From Patescibacteria group bacterium (GTDB taxonomy: Bacteria > Patescibacteriota > Minisyncoccia > UBA6257 > GWB1-50-10): a stretch of 64,000 nt of DNA. The position numbers and the translations under genes are program-made. Every line of letters begins with the position of its first letter. Positions within the stretch are counted from its first letter, which is position 1. Of this stretch, positions 62,830 through 64,000 are shown in pieces. The DNA is taken from positions 6,779 to 70,778 of the forward strand of contig JBBTQX010000002.1 in the NCBI GenBank assembly GCA_038065455.1, read 5' to 3'. Below the pieces are notes generated by a model. It was not told where the DNA came from and did no database searches. It saw only the letters and a program-made list of their open reading frames with translations.

Positions 62830-64000
62830 TTATCCCCAGGGTGGTGTCTTTAAAGACACCACCCTGTTTTTCGACGTTTTCAAAATGAAAGTTGCGATTG
62901 CCAGATAATAAGCAACAATAAAAATCCAACCCAAAGACACGCTTAGAGATAGATTGAAGTTGCCGAAGAATTCTATCAGTCCCGTCTCGACTTTCAATAG
63001 CGGCCAAACGAACCAGCCGGCGATGAGCGCGAGATAATGCGAGATGCCGGAGAGAACGGCGACGGCGAAGCCGAGCATCATCGTATACGGAATAAGCTCC
63101 AGAACCAGAACATTCGAGATGAGCGAAATAGGCGAAAAATTCCCGAAGTTCTGGATTAATATCGGAAGAACCATAAGCTGAGCGGAGCCGGTCATCAGGA
63201 GATTCTCCCGCCAGGAAAAAGTTTCTTTTTTCCCGCCGACCGGCAAATTGAAAAGCTCTTCGAGCGCCGGCTTCAAATATACGATGCCGATGAGCGCGAG
63301 GAATGAAAGTTCAAAACCGGCATCGAATACCAACACCTTGGGATTTATAAGCACCATCAAGAGTCCCGCTAAAGTTATGGCATTCCGCGGATTGAAGATG
63401 CGGCCGCTCTCGGTCGCAACGACGACGAGCGCGCCCATAATCGCCGCTCGCACGACCGATGCCTCCGCTCCGGTCATAAGCACGAAGGCGACAAGGAAAA
63501 TGAAGGCGACAATAAAAGCAGTCCTTCTTTTCAAGAATGAAGTGAGTAAAGCCATTGCCGCCACGATGACGATCGAGACGTTGTAGCCCGAAAGCGCGAC
63601 CAGGTGCGTCGTGCCGCTTATCTGCATCGCCACTTTGAACTCGGGAGAAAAATCGCTCCGCTCACCCAAGGTCAGGCCGGAAAGAAAAGCCGCTTCCTCG
63701 ACCGGCAATATCTCTCCGAAATTATCCACAGTGGAATTCTTGAGATTGAATAAAAAAGATTTGAAGGGCGCGCCCTTATCTTCCGCGATTAGCTTAACTT
63801 CGGGATATGAAACAATTCCGCTTATTCCCTCCTTCGCCAGATATTGGGCATAGCCTGCCTGCGCAGGCAGGCCTCCCAATTCCGGTTTTTTGACCGCGCC
63901 ATTTACCGAAATCAAGTCGCCATAATGGAATTCGGGATAGCGCGGAGCATTTACGAGAATTTTCACCTTGGCGCCGGAAAATTCCGTTTGGACGTAAAGA
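62830..64000 (-). CDS. comEC: ComEC/Rec2 competence protein, N-terminal OB/DUF4131 plus transmembrane competence domain (runs off the window)
   Basis: Polytopic membrane region with ComEC-like motifs; stops 19 nt before the metallo-beta-lactamase-domain ORF. Confidence 0.6.
   Translation of the reverse strand, partial: LYVQTEFSGAKVKILVNAPRYPEFHYGDLISVNGAVKKPELGGLPAQAGYAQYLAKEGISGIVSYPEVKLIAEDKGAPFKSFLFNLKNSTVDNFGEILPVEEAAFLSGLTLGERSDFSPEFKVAMQISGTTHLVALSGYNVSIVIVAAMALLTSFLKRRTAFIVAFIFLVAFVLMTGAEASVVRAAIMGALVVVATESGRIFNPRNAITLAGLLMVLINPKVLVFDAGFELSFLALIGIVYLKPALEELFNLPVGGKKETFSWRENLLMTGSAQLMVLPILIQNFGNFSPISLISNVLVLELIPYTMMLGFAVAVLSGISHYLALIAGWFVWPLLKVETGLIEFFGNFNLSLSVSLGWIFIVAYYLAIATFILKTSKNRVVSLKTPPWG
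62837..62866. repeat. P-family palindromic unit (CAGGGTGGTGTCTTT|AAAGACACCACCCTG) inside the 3' end of the comEC transmembrane ORF
   Basis: The 24-bp core is identical to the 47143 copy; outer pairs covary (CTA/TAG versus CAG/CTG). It encodes the last ~10 codons (..SLKTPPWG) and sits just before the stop. Confidence 0.6.

Overview
The window reads as a compact, gene-dense bacterial chromosome segment, with almost everything encoded on the minus strand. Gene content (tiny ribosomal-protein operon, type IV pilin, PEGA/DUF1573 envelope proteins, two MreB paralogs, truncated AlaRS/RpoA, few biosynthetic genes, weak or absent Shine-Dalgarno (ribosome-binding) sequences) suggests a small-genome CPR/Patescibacteria-like organism; that assignment is inference. 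Housekeeping blocks are: parA; tRNA-Leu; ogt/nfo repair genes; a truB fusion; the heat-shock operon hrcA-grpE-dnaK-(membrane protein)-dnaJ; serS-lysS-greA; the cell-shape operon mreBCD-pbp2; proS, ddl, rseP, frr, holB, a second mreB-like gene and murA; the r-protein/rpoA operon infA-rpmJ-rpsM-rpsK-rpsD-rpoA-rplQ-rplM-rpsI; alaS; eno; ppsA; a copper/thiol-redox envelope cluster; ndk; aspS; and a split comEC. What stands out is a layer of small inverted-repeat elements (IR = inverted repeat; MITE = miniature inverted-repeat transposable element). (1) The main candidate for a new system is a family bounded by perfect 13-15 bp terminal inverted repeats (TIRs) ATCCCGTTAGAGACA. Its only coding member (28847-29128, AT-rich) carries nothing but an ~90-aa GIY-YIG (YhbQ/UPF0213-like) nuclease. 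Three ~120-bp ORF-less derivatives sit exactly on the start codons of pbp2, rpsD and rpmJ. All copies are flanked by direct repeats of (A)TTCAT, the reverse complement of ATGAA, and carry a subterminal hairpin with covarying base pairs. (2) A second IR family (termini CCRGGYWAGTRGAAA..TCGATT) is threaded through hrcA-grpE-dnaK and the S11-S4 spacer. (3) A GGTGGT..ACCACC palindromic unit with covarying outer pairs occurs three times; two copies supply the stop codons of doxX and the comEC transmembrane ORF. Several of these elements donate the last codons and the stop codon of the upstream gene. Other notable loci: an AT-rich defence islet (NYN nuclease plus type IIG restriction-modification enzyme) wedged next to infA; a Panacea/DUF4065 antitoxin with an unknown membrane-helix partner (candidate toxin); a 156-nt GC-rich structured element upstream of hrcA; a TruB fused to a tRNA-binding OB domain; and a large duplicated zinc-ribbon cysteine-rich protein. 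All calls come from reading the sequence; no database searches were run.
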